Source: a bacterium
GTDB taxonomy: Bacteria > SAR324 > NAC60-12
Reading direction: 5' to 3'
NCBI GenBank assembly: GCA_965209155.1
Contig: OZ242383.1
Coordinates: forward strand, 1,504,001 to 1,568,000
Length of the DNA stretch: 64,000 nt
The notes below the pieces were generated by a model that was not told where the DNA came from, made no database searches, and saw only the letters and a list, made by a program, of their open reading frames with translations. Shown here piece after piece: positions 1 to 11,228 of the stretch (the stretch's first letter is position 1; each line of letters opens with the position of its first letter). A program made the position numbers and the translations under genes.

Positions 1-183
1 GCTCGATTTGAATTCAAAGACGGCTCAGGCGCAGAGACGCGTGAAATAACCGGTGGACTCAATCTCGATATCGATGCCAACGGAAATGTTGTGGGTTTTG
101 ATATTGACCATAACTCCAAACGCATTGATCTTTCTATCCTTGAAACAGAAGCGTTACCTGTTAGTGCTCACAGAGCCGGCTGA
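1..183 (+). CDS. DUF2283-like small protein, 5' part outside the window
   Basis: Frame 1 reads ...ETREITGGLNLDIDANGNVVGFDID...RAG-stop; the LDxDxxGxxVGxxI pattern is typical of DUF2283. Confidence 0.6.
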   Translation, partial: ARFEFKDGSGAETREITGGLNLDIDANGNVVGFDIDHNSKRIDLSILETEALPVSAHRAG

Positions 184-318
184 TCAAACGCGTTAATAAA
201 AAAAATTTTGTGTGAATTTAAAAGTCATTGATTTGCTTGAAAAGACGAACTCCGACAAATTCCATGGTACAAGCATATCCAGTACCTGTAAAAACTCTGA
301 CCTGGGTTGGAGCAGTAT

Positions 319-3300
319 TCATAGTTGTTTTTTCAAGCTTGCTCTACCTCGACCAATACGGGTGATGCACGCACTTAACCCGTCTGGGGCGAACGAGACA
401 TGCAGCTGACTCGGCTGTAATTGTTGCAATCGGTATGGGATTTTGCGGAGTGGACGATAATCCGGTGTTGTAATTGACAGCTTTCCGTCGCTGGGGTCGT
501 AGGTAATACGGGCTGGAAGAGCCGAATTGAAATCCACGCTAGTGGTCCATCTCAAGTTCCATGACTGCGAGAACCATTTTTTGTCTATATCAGAGAGTGT
601 TTCCTTGCAGAAGCGATTCCAGATTTCGTGGGTTTCTAGAGTGGGCCAGTCCTGCTGAGCGAGTCTAACCCTCATTTCGTCCGATCTTAGCCATCGAATC
701 ATGTCTCCCCACGTGGTGAATATCGGCTTTATTTGCGTGATAACAGTCCGAGCTGCCATCCGAGAAGGCAGACCCGCTCGCACGAGCATGGCCATCGTGA
801 ACTGAGGCAGTCCGGTTTCAAGGCAGGCTGCCGCGCTTCCGTCCAAATTCTCTGGTTCATCACCATTGACCTGCCTACGCATTCGCAGGGCCTCAATGGC
901 CCAGACCAAACGGTTAACAAAGGCTTCTTCGACTATAAGCATATTGTCGAGACCAATATCCTCAACATCATCGCCACTGATCCATGCACGCAAAAGATGA
1001 GGCCAGTATTCAGGTAGTTCTTCATCCGGGATAAATGGTCTGATCTGCAAGAATCGCTTACCCAGTTCAATCAGGGCATCACCCAAAGCGTCAGCATTGC
1101 CCTGCAGGGCAGCTATATCTGCTTGGTCCAGCAAGGTAGTTAATTCGACAGCCATAGCTTCTATAAAGAGACCGGATTCCAGACCAACACCCATAGCAAA
1201 ATGGCTTCGGCGTTGTGCAACCGTAGACTTGTTCCAGATCAGTCGTGCACGGGCTTCGAGGATCCGTAGCTGCTTCCGTTTATGTCTCGTGGCAATCCTT
1301 GCGATCTGCCTCGCCCAGAGCGACCCCGTAAGCGCTTCGTCGAGTAACCGCGGCAAATCGGCGCTGTCAGCGTCTAATGCCTCGATTAGACCGAAGACCG
1401 TCACGTCGAGACGTTCGATCAAGCTCTTAATAGATTCGGTATCGTCAGGCTCATCTGGCGGAAACCACGCATCCTGCGAATTTGCGAGGTACTCCATGGC
1501 ATCCGCGTGCTCGAAAATCCCGGTTTTCACAAGACGTTGCATGACTCTTGTGACAACAGAAAAAATGCCACTCACTAGAGACCTGGCCTTGGCGGAATTG
1601 ACCATGCAGCGCCAAGTATTCAGTCTCCACGACTTTCGATCGTAGATGACATGAATGACGAGACCTTCGAGATCGACGTATGCACGTCCGGCACGCCCGG
1701 CGACATTGGCGAGTTCCTCTCTAGGGATCAATGTACCGGCGCGGTACAGATTGGGAATGAGCATGATAGCGGCATTGAGATTGAGTCCTTGTGCCAACGT
1801 CGGAGAGGCCACGGTTACGCGAACAACGCCGGCTGCAAGGAGAGCTTCTACTTCCCGTAAAAAAGGCTTGGGCAGGCGTCCGTGATGGATGGCGACCCCA
1901 ATTTGAAGGCACAACACCGCAGGATGATCAGCACCGAGCCAATCCTGACCTATAACCACGGCTCGCTGCACTAGATGAGTGTCATCAAGCAGCCCCGGCA
2001 GAAGTTTGCGTTGGTTTAAGTCGACGACCGTCTCTGCATAACTCTTGACAGTGTTTCTCTGGGTGCAGAAGATCAGTGTTCGTTTACCCTGTTTGAAGAA
2101 TTTCCAAGCCGCCGCGAGCGTGAGTTCCTTGTTGTCCTTTGGAAACATTTTCGTGCGACGACCAGTGGGGGATGTCTCGGAAACAAAATGCTGAATAAAT
2201 GGTCCATCGGTTTCCAGATCAAAACTCAATCGCGCTGACTGACTCTGCCACACCAGAGTGCCGAAACGTTGACGAGTTGGGCGCCAATCCGACTGAATCG
2301 GAGTGCCATCGGTGTCGCTTCTGATCCAAGCTGTCAGGTCGTCAAGTTGTGCATCTTCGGGAAGGATCGCGGATAAACAGACGATCCGTCTGTCCACGTG
2401 ATCGGTGCGTCGAAGCAGTCGCTGAACAAGGTTTTCGTATCGAATTTCGCGTTCACTTGGCCCAATGAGATGACCTTCATCAAGAACGACGAGACCGACA
2501 TCATTTATGACGGTAGGATCGTTTCTAAGCGCAAAGTCCAATTTCTCGGGCGTAGCGATTACAATGTGCTGGGTGCGGAGAGAATCCTTGTCATCGCCAG
2601 CCATACTACTCGTGCCATAGAGTGCGGATACGGTGAAACCGAGGGTGGAAAAGGTCTTCCGAAAGGACCTTTCTGTCTGCGCCGATAGCGCTCGTAGAGG
2701 TGTTATGATCAGAACACGCCTACAACAAGCTAGCGCCATCATAGTGGCAATCTCAGCAATTCGAGTTTTACCTGCGCTCGTTGGCATTGCCACAACAAGA
2801 TCGTCATTGATGTCGACCACCCGCGAGACAGCCTGTGTCTGCGAAGGCCACAGTTCAATTTCCGCGGTCTTTCGGCCGTAAAGTTCCCCTATAAAAAGCC
2901 TTCGGAGTTCCTGATAGTTTGTGGCATCTGGAGGTCCTTCAAGCGGAAGAATTCGATGCAGGCTGCTCGACCAGAGGTCATCGATCAAATTGAACGCAAT
3001 TCGTACAATCCACCACAAGGAAACAGCATTGGCGTTCTTTGCCAGGGACAAGGTTTTACGAAGCAACTTCCGTGCTTCCTCGACGAGCACTTCAGTGCCT
3101 GTTTGGAGAGCAAATTCGAAAAAAGCAAATGCTCGATAGACAGTCGTAGTGACGACTAACATGATGACATCGTCAGGATCAATTATTCCCGATATAACAG
3201 CATGCGCGATTACCTCGTCATCGTGGTTTGGATCTTGAATCCATGTTTTCGCTTGCGCACCCAGTCCTTCCAGATCTCGAATGATAAGAGAAACAAGCGC

Positions 3301-3723
3301 TTCCTCAATCGGAGCGAGATTGCGATTCTTTGGCCCCTGAGAGATCATTGAAAATGCCAATGCGGAGTAACTGCCGAGATGGTAGGAGGCGGCACCAATG
3401 ACACGAAAAAAACCGTGAGAGACTACTTCTGGGGAACCATTCTGCACGAGTGACTCAAAAGCATTACCTGTTTGTACAAAGCCTCGCCGCCAGATTTCTG
3501 GTTCACCTCCTAATTCCCGCAATGCCAGAGAAGCTCGAAGTAACGAAAAGCCATATTCGGCGAGATCCGTTTCAATGGTCTCGCTAAAGCTAGGCGAACC
3601 ATCTGGAAGTTTCCCTTCTTGGCGGATAAGAGCCCGAGCTTGGCCGCGTGCCTGCAAACGTCCCCGAAAATTTTCCACGGTTGTTTGTTCGAGAAACGTT
3701 GTCAACTCTTCAATCGTCTCCAA
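319..3723 (-). CDS. hamB: Hachiman helicase HamB (Ski2-like SF2 helicase)
   Basis: 1134 aa with PTSAGKT, ATPEK, DEGH, TLAQGLN and AGRAGR motifs; overlaps the upstream DUF1837-like gene. Confidence 0.85.
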   Translation of the reverse strand: METIEELTTFLEQTTVENFRGRLQARGQARALIRQEGKLPDGSPSFSETIETDLAEYGFSLLRASLALRELGGEPEIWRRGFVQTGNAFESLVQNGSPEVVSHGFFRVIGAASYHLGSYSALAFSMISQGPKNRNLAPIEEALVSLIIRDLEGLGAQAKTWIQDPNHDDEVIAHAVISGIIDPDDVIMLVVTTTVYRAFAFFEFALQTGTEVLVEEARKLLRKTLSLAKNANAVSLWWIVRIAFNLIDDLWSSSLHRILPLEGPPDATNYQELRRLFIGELYGRKTAEIELWPSQTQAVSRVVDINDDLVVAMPTSAGKTRIAEIATMMALACCRRVLIITPLRALSAQTERSFRKTFSTLGFTVSALYGTSSMAGDDKDSLRTQHIVIATPEKLDFALRNDPTVINDVGLVVLDEGHLIGPSEREIRYENLVQRLLRRTDHVDRRIVCLSAILPEDAQLDDLTAWIRSDTDGTPIQSDWRPTRQRFGTLVWQSQSARLSFDLETDGPFIQHFVSETSPTGRRTKMFPKDNKELTLAAAWKFFKQGKRTLIFCTQRNTVKSYAETVVDLNQRKLLPGLLDDTHLVQRAVVIGQDWLGADHPAVLCLQIGVAIHHGRLPKPFLREVEALLAAGVVRVTVASPTLAQGLNLNAAIMLIPNLYRAGTLIPREELANVAGRAGRAYVDLEGLVIHVIYDRKSWRLNTWRCMVNSAKARSLVSGIFSVVTRVMQRLVKTGIFEHADAMEYLANSQDAWFPPDEPDDTESIKSLIERLDVTVFGLIEALDADSADLPRLLDEALTGSLWARQIARIATRHKRKQLRILEARARLIWNKSTVAQRRSHFAMGVGLESGLFIEAMAVELTTLLDQADIAALQGNADALGDALIELGKRFLQIRPFIPDEELPEYWPHLLRAWISGDDVEDIGLDNMLIVEEAFVNRLVWAIEALRMRRQVNGDEPENLDGSAAACLETGLPQFTMAMLVRAGLPSRMAARTVITQIKPIFTTWGDMIRWLRSDEMRVRLAQQDWPTLETHEIWNRFCKETLSDIDKKWFSQSWNLRWTTSVDFNSALPARITYDPSDGKLSITTPDYRPLRKIPYRLQQLQPSQLHVSFAPDGLSACITRIGRGRASLKKQL

Positions 3724-4498
3724 GATTAAGTGCTCCTTCGTAAGCGGTCCTTATGAATTCTTGATGATCAGCGATTCTAAGATGGACCACAGTGTGAGTC
3801 CTACCTCCGTCAGCCGCCTGCAGATCCTTAGTCAGTGCATCAGGCGTAACGTTCCCCGACATCGTAAACAACATGTGCTGGAGACGCGCCGTTGGTACGG
3901 CCCGAACTGCGATTTCTTTGCGAAGCATCTTGCCAAGATCTTCTTTCTTGTTGTTACTTTCCATCAACCGATCCGCCATGAATAGAAGCGAGATGGCCGT
4001 CGGTCTTCCACCATCACGGCTCAAAGCCTCCCTTGCTACCGTGATAGCGTCCGTTTTAAGAAACGCCCGACTTTTCGCCTCTCCTTTCAAGAGGTGTAGG
4101 TTCGATTTGCTGATATAAATTCCGATGAAGTCATCACCTCGCAGAGGCACCTCTCTGCCGTCTTTGTAGCGAAGACGCCGAATCGGCACGACAAATTTCG
4201 ATTTCTCTTCGACAAACTCGGTGGCCAATATTTCGCCAAGTTCTCCCGATTGGAGGCGTGTCGACTGAGGCAATCGTTCCGCCAAGAGAGCGGCAGCAGC
4301 TGGATATCCAAGGCTGCGAATATCTTCAGATATTCGCTCCAAATCGTCATAATGTGAACGGATCAGATCGGGTAGCCGATCAGCAATCGCCTCACGTCCC
4401 CCAGCACGTTCGGTTAGTCTAAATAAGCGCTTGTTTTGTTCGGCGTCTATACGTTGAGTGTAGCACCAGTCCTTAAAAATCATGTATTTGTTTTTCAT
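3710..4498 (-). CDS. hamA: Hachiman nuclease HamA (DUF1837)
   Basis: SGELGEIL...RGDD...KGEAKSR PD-(D/E)xK-like motif set; coupled to the helicase gene. Confidence 0.82.
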   Translation of the reverse strand: MKNKYMIFKDWCYTQRIDAEQNKRLFRLTERAGGREAIADRLPDLIRSHYDDLERISEDIRSLGYPAAAALLAERLPQSTRLQSGELGEILATEFVEEKSKFVVPIRRLRYKDGREVPLRGDDFIGIYISKSNLHLLKGEAKSRAFLKTDAITVAREALSRDGGRPTAISLLFMADRLMESNNKKEDLGKMLRKEIAVRAVPTARLQHMLFTMSGNVTPDALTKDLQAADGGRTHTVVHLRIADHQEFIRTAYEGALNLGDD

Positions 4499-4697
4499 CT
4501 ACCGCTGTCAGACTTATCAGTCAAGCACAACATCGGATATGGGTTTTTTCCGTATCGATTCCTACGAATTGCCAGGTGAGAGAACGCAAAGTCAAATTGA
4601 GTAACTCTGACAATTCGCACGTTTGTCTGTTCATATTGAGTAAAACGAATACTTGTGCGAACCCGTCGATCAGAGCCATAAGGTTTAATACAAGGAC

Positions 4698-6180
4698 GGG
4701 TGTAATTAAAAGTGAGGGGCATTTCAATTAAGCCCTTTGAAGTTGTTGCCAATAACAATCCCATTTTCCATTGGCTCTTACCACCCTGAGTTGAATCATC
4801 TGATCGGCATGTTGTTTTTTCCACCAAGCGCCAGGGAGTTTGAGCCTTTTTTGGATGAGGGAACGATGGGCGCTTTCAATTTTTCCAGAGCCGATAGGGA
4901 GTTGTTGATCAATAGCTGTTTTGTATTCAAACTGTCCGGGACGATTTTTCATGTAACGTACCAAAGCGCGAATGGGGGCCTTTTCATTGGGAATAGATTC
5001 GGATTCTTGCCTGGATATAAATTGCTCTAACACGCTGTCAGCTCCTCCTTTTTTCAAGATTTGCTTCTGCTTTTTCAGGAACGGTGAGCCGTCTTCAAAA
5101 GCGGCTTGGCAGGCTGCACCAAGATAATCACAGAGATGATAAAAATCGATGAGATAGTTCGCCTGAGCGCCAAAATGAGTTTCGATTTTTTCACAGATCC
5201 AAGGGGCTCCATCCCCTAAAGCATGAATCTTCGTCTGCTTTCCCAGTCCCGCTTTAAGCGCGACCTCTTTCATTTGAAAACCCGCTTCATCTCTGCCGTT
5301 CAAGGTTCCAGCATAAATGGAGTCGACACTTCCTCGAGCATAGGCTAAGGAGGTAATCCCTTCTTTCCAACTCACTTGACGCGTTTTTCTGCGATCCCCC
5401 GTAAAAGTAGAGTCTGCCGTCTCTACCAGAGGCACCATGGTGCCATCACTTTGCACTATCACCACCCCCGCCCCACTGGCCTCCCTGCTGGACTGCTGCT
5501 CTTCTTTCAGGGAGAAACATCTCTGACTGTGATGGAGGGTTCGCGCTCGAATACTGCTGGAAGGAATGTCAATGCCATAATGCTCCTTGAGTTTCTGGCT
5601 CGCTGCTGCAAAGGAGACATCGGCCCCAAAATCCACCATCGCTCGCTGCAGAGGCTCTGAATAACCTTGGCACTGAACCCCAATCGAGGCACTCAAGGGT
5701 CTCTGTCTTTTTCCTCGCCGTCCTTCCCTGAAAACAAGTTCTTCGATTCCAATGGGACCAAAGGTGCTGTGCCAATATATTTTTTTTTACCATCTCGGAT
5801 CAGATCCGCTTTTTGAGAAGACTCTGCTTCTTTTATATCGGACTGATGGCCCAACCAGCCTTGAAGCACTTCCTGACCTAATTTACGCACTTCTTCAATC
5901 GTCCGCCTCTCAGCCTCATCGGCTGTTTGGCAACTCCCATCGTCATTTTCGATAATCCCCAGAATGGATTCCATCCGATGGCGCAGGTGAGGATATTTCG
6001 ACAGCCGTTCTGCTAATGAAAAAGATGACTCGTCACCTTCCCTTAGTTCTGAGTAACCTAAGCATTTTGACATTTTCAACTCCTGTTTGAAGGTCAATCA
6101 TTCGAATACACTCCTACTTTCAAAATACTTAAAGCACATGTCCAGCTATTTCTCTCTGCCCCACACTTTTAATTACACCC
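4698..6180 (-). mobile_element. ISKra4-family (UPF0236) insertion sequence, 1483 bp
   Basis: 24-bp terminal inverted repeats GGGTGTAATTAAAAGTG(A/T)GGGGCA; 9-bp direct repeat TACAAGGAC at 4689-4697 and 6181-6189. Confidence 0.9.
4728..6073 (-). CDS. ISKra4-type transposase in two frames joined by a probable -1 frameshift
   Basis: ORF A ends ...DGKKK at an A9 run (5780-5788); the -1 frame continues IYWHSTFG into the ORF with DG, GDGAPWI, DFYH and IGSGKIES motifs. Confidence 0.8.
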
Positions 6181-6989
6181 TACAAGGACAGTGAGGGTCA
6201 GTGCGCTCGGGTTGACGGTCTCCCACTCGATCTTGTTAAAGTGCTACCTGTGTGAACTGCTGATTTGATTGCAGCCGAGTGACTTTCGTAGAATCCGTGA
6301 TGAATTGCCCTTCTAGCTTCTTTAAATTTCCTGAAACATTGGCTTGGTAGTCCACGAGTCTGTATGAAATCACCGAAGGGGTCCTCCTAATATTAGTGGA
6401 GATGTAAACAAAAAACTCAGCACTACCATAATGGAACTGATCTCTCTCATTATTCGGAGTTCGTCTTCTCTGATTTTATGAAGCCTGATAACTTACTACC
6501 GTTTCTTACTCATAGTCAAATTCATACCTGAAATTGGGACCGAATTCAACCAGCAAAGAGTATAAAACATTCGGAGGAATATGAAAATTGACTTTGTTCC
6601 CACCCGCCTCGTCGTTTGTGCAAGTCCTCAAGGAATTGGGACTGGTCAGGAGAAAAGAGTCTGTTGTCTAAGTAACTTAGGTCGAGTCGAAATGGCAACC
6701 AATAATTGATTGTTCTATTCTTCCTAACAAAATAAATCCAAGTCAAAGGCGCCGAATAGCTTCAGGTAGTGGACTAGAGTAACAGTCCACTCTTCCGTAA
6801 TCGAAGAACGAATCTTCCCAACGTGCGTCATTTCCATCGATTGCACGGTTTTTAATTGACGAAATAGGTCAATTTTCATATATTCTTTTGGTATTTTCCT
6901 ATTTTCACGGAAGAGAAGTGAGTGGTAGATGGCTACTAAAGAAAACTGGGCAGGTAGAGACGGGCGATTTGATATAAAGGATTGAAGCA

Positions 6990-9755
6990 ATGGCATTAGC
7001 GCACCGCACTCCGGAACAGGAAGCACGCGACAACATCGATGCGTTTTTGGATCAAGCCGGATGGAAGGTGCAATCAAAAAAGAAAATCGACTTCAGCGCC
7101 AGTCTCGGAATTGCCGTTTGTGAGTACCGGACTGATGCTGGTCCTGCCGATTACGTTCTTTTCATAGACAAGAAACCTGTTGGCGTGGTCGAGGCCAAAC
7201 CAAAAGAGTGGGGCCAGAACATCACGACAGTCGAAGAGCAATCCGGGTGTTACGCCTCCGCGAAACTCAAGTGGGTGAGTCATAGTAAGCCCTTACCATT
7301 CGTTTATGAAAGTACCGGGGAAATCACCCGTTTCACCGACACACGCGATCCAAAACCCCGTTCCCGCGAAGTGTTCAACTTTCCTCATCCGGAGACGATG
7401 CAAGAGTGGCTTTCCCAGCCCGCATCGCTTCGGTCGAGGCTCCAAAGGCTTCCGAATCTGGATCCGATGGGTCTGAGAGCGTGCCAGCTCAACGCTATCG
7501 AAAAACTCGAAGCATCCTTCAAAGATGATCGTCCACGTGCCCTCATTCAGATGGCCACCGGTTCGGGTAAGACCTTTGCCGCCATCACCTCGATCTACCG
7601 CTTGCTCAAACATGCGGACGCCAAACGCATCCTTTTTCTCGTAGACACCAGGAACCTGGGCGAACAGGCCGAGCAGGAGTTCATGACCTACGTACCCGGT
7701 GATGACAACCGCAAGTTCACCGAACTCTATAACGTCCAGCGCCTCAAATCGTCTTTCGTCGCCAGGGACAGCCAGGTCTGCATCAGTACCATCCAACGCA
7801 TGTACTCGCTCCTGAAGGGTCAGGAATTGGACGAAGCCGCTGAGGAGATCAATCCGGCGGAGATACAACAATCCAAACAACCGTTGCCGGTCGTCTACAA
7901 CGACAAGATTCCACCCGAATTCTTTGACTTTATCATCATCGACGAATGCCACCGCTCAATTTACAACCTCTGGCGCCAGGTGCTGGAATACTTCGACGCC
8001 TTTCTCGTCGGTCTGACGGCCACGCCGGACAACCGCACTTATGGATTCTTCAAAAAGAACGTCGTCAGTGAATACAACCATGAGCAAGCCGTGGCCGATG
8101 GTGTCAACGTCGGCAACGAAATCTACGTCATAGAAACTGAAAGAACGCAGCATGGCGGCCAACTCAAAGCCCACCAGCAGGTCGAGAAGCGACAGCGTCT
8201 GACGCGCCGCAAGCGCTGGGAAATCCAGGACGAAGACCTCACTTATACCGGACGCGAACTGGACCGTTTTGTCGTAAATCCCGACCAGATTTGCACAGTC
8301 GTACGCACCTTCCGCGACAAGCTGCAGGAGATATTCCCCGGTCGCGAGGAAGTTCCGAAGACGCTGGTTTTTGCCAAGACCGACAGCCATGCCGACGACA
8401 TCATCCAAACCATACGCGAGGAATTCGCAGGGGGCAATGATTTCTGTAAGAAGATCACCTACAAGGTCGAAGAAGACCCGAAATCCGTCCTTGCTCAGTT
8501 CCGCAATGACTTTTACCCACGCATCGCCGTGACCGTGGATATGATTTCTACGGGCACCGACGTCAAGCCACTCGAATGCCTGCTCTTCATGCGCGACGTG
8601 AAAAGCCGTAACTATCTCGAGCAGATGAAAGGCCGCGGAACCCGTACCCTCGACCATGATGATCTCAAGAAAGTTTCACCCTCCGCCGTCAGCGGTAAGA
8701 CTCATTACGTGATCGTGGATGCCGTCGGCGTCACCAAATCCCTCAAGACTAATAGCCAACCACTGATCATTAAACCCTCCATACCGCTAAAAGACCTCGC
8801 CATGGGAGTGATGATGGGTGCCCACGACGAAGACACGGTGAGTTCTCTTGCCGGACGCCTCGCTCGCCTCAACCGGCAACTTAACCCCCAGGAGCGGGCG
8901 CGTATCAAAGAACAGACCGGAGGGATCGAACTCACCAGCATTGTTGGTAATCTGCTGGCAGCCATTGATCCGGACCGGATCGAAGCGAAAGCCCGCGAGA
9001 CCGGGCACTTACCCGACGGTGCCGAGCTGTCACCGGAAGCTTGTGAAAAAGTTCAGGAGCAATTGGTTAGTGACTCTGCCGGCGTCTTCAACGGCGAGTT
9101 GATCGAACTGATCGACTCGATTCGCCGTGACAAGGAACAGACTATCGACCATGACAATCTGGACACGGTACTCCACACGGGATGGGAAGGCGACTCGCAC
9201 GAAAACGCCAAAACTATGGCGCAAGAATTCCGGCAGTATCTGGAAGCCAACCGAGATGAGATCGAAGCCTTGACTATCTTCTATGCTCAACCGCACAGGC
9301 GCAGCGAATTGACATATGCCATGATCCGGGAGGTGTTCGATAGACTGAAGAACGACCAACCTCGGTTGGCCCCTTTGAGAATCTGGAAGGCGTACTCCCT
9401 GCTCGACGAGTACAAAGGCGTCAAACCTGTCAGCGAACTGACCGCGCTCGTGGCATTGATCCGCCGGGTCTGCGGAATTGACAGGAAGCTCTCACCCTAT
9501 TCTCAAACTGTGCGCCGCAATTTTCAGAATTGGATCATGACGCGCCATAGCGGCAGCGGAGAGAAATTCAATGAGAAGCAGATGGAGTGGCTGCGCATGA
9601 TTCGTGACCACATCTCCACCTCCTTTCATCTGGAGCGAGACGACCTGGACATGGCTCCTTTCGATGGTAAAGGCGGTCTAGGGCAGATGTACAAGCTCTT
9701 CGGTGATAGGATGGATGGAGTGATTGACGAACTGAATGAAGCTTTGGCTGCGTAA
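6990..9755 (+). CDS. hsdR: Type I restriction endonuclease subunit R
   Basis: ADYVL...VEAK nuclease motif, ATGSGKT, DECHR, LTATP, QMKGRGTR; EcoEI-like C-terminus. Confidence 0.93.
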   Translation: MALAHRTPEQEARDNIDAFLDQAGWKVQSKKKIDFSASLGIAVCEYRTDAGPADYVLFIDKKPVGVVEAKPKEWGQNITTVEEQSGCYASAKLKWVSHSKPLPFVYESTGEITRFTDTRDPKPRSREVFNFPHPETMQEWLSQPASLRSRLQRLPNLDPMGLRACQLNAIEKLEASFKDDRPRALIQMATGSGKTFAAITSIYRLLKHADAKRILFLVDTRNLGEQAEQEFMTYVPGDDNRKFTELYNVQRLKSSFVARDSQVCISTIQRMYSLLKGQELDEAAEEINPAEIQQSKQPLPVVYNDKIPPEFFDFIIIDECHRSIYNLWRQVLEYFDAFLVGLTATPDNRTYGFFKKNVVSEYNHEQAVADGVNVGNEIYVIETERTQHGGQLKAHQQVEKRQRLTRRKRWEIQDEDLTYTGRELDRFVVNPDQICTVVRTFRDKLQEIFPGREEVPKTLVFAKTDSHADDIIQTIREEFAGGNDFCKKITYKVEEDPKSVLAQFRNDFYPRIAVTVDMISTGTDVKPLECLLFMRDVKSRNYLEQMKGRGTRTLDHDDLKKVSPSAVSGKTHYVIVDAVGVTKSLKTNSQPLIIKPSIPLKDLAMGVMMGAHDEDTVSSLAGRLARLNRQLNPQERARIKEQTGGIELTSIVGNLLAAIDPDRIEAKARETGHLPDGAELSPEACEKVQEQLVSDSAGVFNGELIELIDSIRRDKEQTIDHDNLDTVLHTGWEGDSHENAKTMAQEFRQYLEANRDEIEALTIFYAQPHRRSELTYAMIREVFDRLKNDQPRLAPLRIWKAYSLLDEYKGVKPVSELTALVALIRRVCGIDRKLSPYSQTVRRNFQNWIMTRHSGSGEKFNEKQMEWLRMIRDHISTSFHLERDDLDMAPFDGKGGLGQMYKLFGDRMDGVIDELNEALAA

Positions 9756-11228
9756 ATGGAACTCGAAGCTACAAGAATCCCAAATGGCTGGTCTCGTACA
9801 TCGCTCGAGTCAGTGTGTCAAATTCTGGATTTTAGGCGTATACCGTTAAACAACAGCGAACGCTCACAGCGTATCATCGGTAGGTCCGCAGATGATCTCT
9901 ATCCCTACTACGGCGCTACAGGTCAAGTCGGTGTAATTGACGACTTCATCTTCGAGGGTGAACACATTCTACTGGGTGAAGATGGTGCCCCATTTCTTGA
10001 TCCTTTCAAGGTCAAATCTTATTTAGTGGATGGAAAATTTTGGGTCAACAATCATGCTCATATTCTCAAATCAGCCGTCCCTAACAAATTCCTTTGTCAC
10101 TACCTTAATCAGATTGACTATTCAGACTATGTAACAGGAACGACAAGAATGAAGCTTACCCAGAACGCACTAAAGCGAATTCCTGTTTTTGTTGCACCAA
10201 TAGCCGAACAACGCCGGATCGTCGCCAAGATCGAAGAACTGTTTTCCGAACTGGACAAGGGCGTCGAAAACCTGAAGACGGCAAGGGCGAAGCTCCATGT
10301 CTACCGTCAGGCCATACTCAAGCACGCCTTCGAAGGCAAGCTCACGGCGCAATGGCGCGAAGAAAACAAAGATAAGCTGGAAAAACCCGAACAATTGCTC
10401 GCTCGTATCAAGCAGGAGCGGGAGGCGCGTTACCAAAGACAACTCAGGGAATGGGAAACGGCCGTCAAGAAATGGGAGCAAAATGGGAAAGAGGGTAAGA
10501 AGCCTGTCAAACCAAGAAAACTCAGTGCCAAATATGGCCAAATAGTAGAATTAGCAGATAGTAGCGAGAGAGATATTCCTCACGGTTGGTACGAAACGAT
10601 TTTCGGTGAGGTTATCAGAAATATCTCAATCAACCACAAGAAACTCCCAAAGACGCTGTATTCTGAAACCGGCACATTCCCTGTCATTGACCAAGGACAA
10701 AAAATCGTTGATGGTTATTGCAATGAATTAGATCGTGTAGTCGATGAAGACCTTCCATTAATTGTTTTTGGTGACCACACTCGTATCATAAAATTCATAA
10801 ATCGGCCATTCGTGCCTGGTGCTGACGGTGTTAAAGTTTTCAAGGGCCTAGGCGTAGACGATAAATGGCTCTTTTACATCGCTCACGCTCTTGATTTCCC
10901 CGACAAAGGGTATGCTCGGCATTTCCAGCATTTGAAAAAGGCACGCTTGTTGGTGCCTTCCCTCACCGAGCAACGTTGCATCGTTGCGGAGGTTGAAGAA
11001 AAGCTTTCTGTCCTTGAGGACTTGTACAAAACTCTTGACCATCAACTGATTATGGCCGATGCGCTTCGTCAGTCCATTCTAAAGAAAGCTTTTGCAGGCC
11101 AGCTTGTCCCGCAGGACCCGCATGACGAACCCGTCTCAATCCTTCTGGGCCGGATCAGGGCTGAAAGAGAGAGAGTAATGAAGAAAAACCACACCAGGAA
11201 ATCAAAGAAGAGGAAGATCGCCGTATGA
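9756..11228 (+). CDS. hsdS: Type I R-M specificity subunit S
   Basis: Two TRDs with conserved IPxGW, EQRRIV/EQRCIV and AFEGKL/AFAGQL segments. Confidence 0.92.
   Translation: MELEATRIPNGWSRTSLESVCQILDFRRIPLNNSERSQRIIGRSADDLYPYYGATGQVGVIDDFIFEGEHILLGEDGAPFLDPFKVKSYLVDGKFWVNNHAHILKSAVPNKFLCHYLNQIDYSDYVTGTTRMKLTQNALKRIPVFVAPIAEQRRIVAKIEELFSELDKGVENLKTARAKLHVYRQAILKHAFEGKLTAQWREENKDKLEKPEQLLARIKQEREARYQRQLREWETAVKKWEQNGKEGKKPVKPRKLSAKYGQIVELADSSERDIPHGWYETIFGEVIRNISINHKKLPKTLYSETGTFPVIDQGQKIVDGYCNELDRVVDEDLPLIVFGDHTRIIKFINRPFVPGADGVKVFKGLGVDDKWLFYIAHALDFPDKGYARHFQHLKKARLLVPSLTEQRCIVAEVEEKLSVLEDLYKTLDHQLIMADALRQSILKKAFAGQLVPQDPHDEPVSILLGRIRAERERVMKKNHTRKSKKRKIAV

Noticed and set aside
6190..6989. 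Possible gene interrupted by the ISKra4 element, and short ORFs before hsdR
   Set aside because: The reconstructed empty site gives only short, stop-interrupted frames with no recognisable family.
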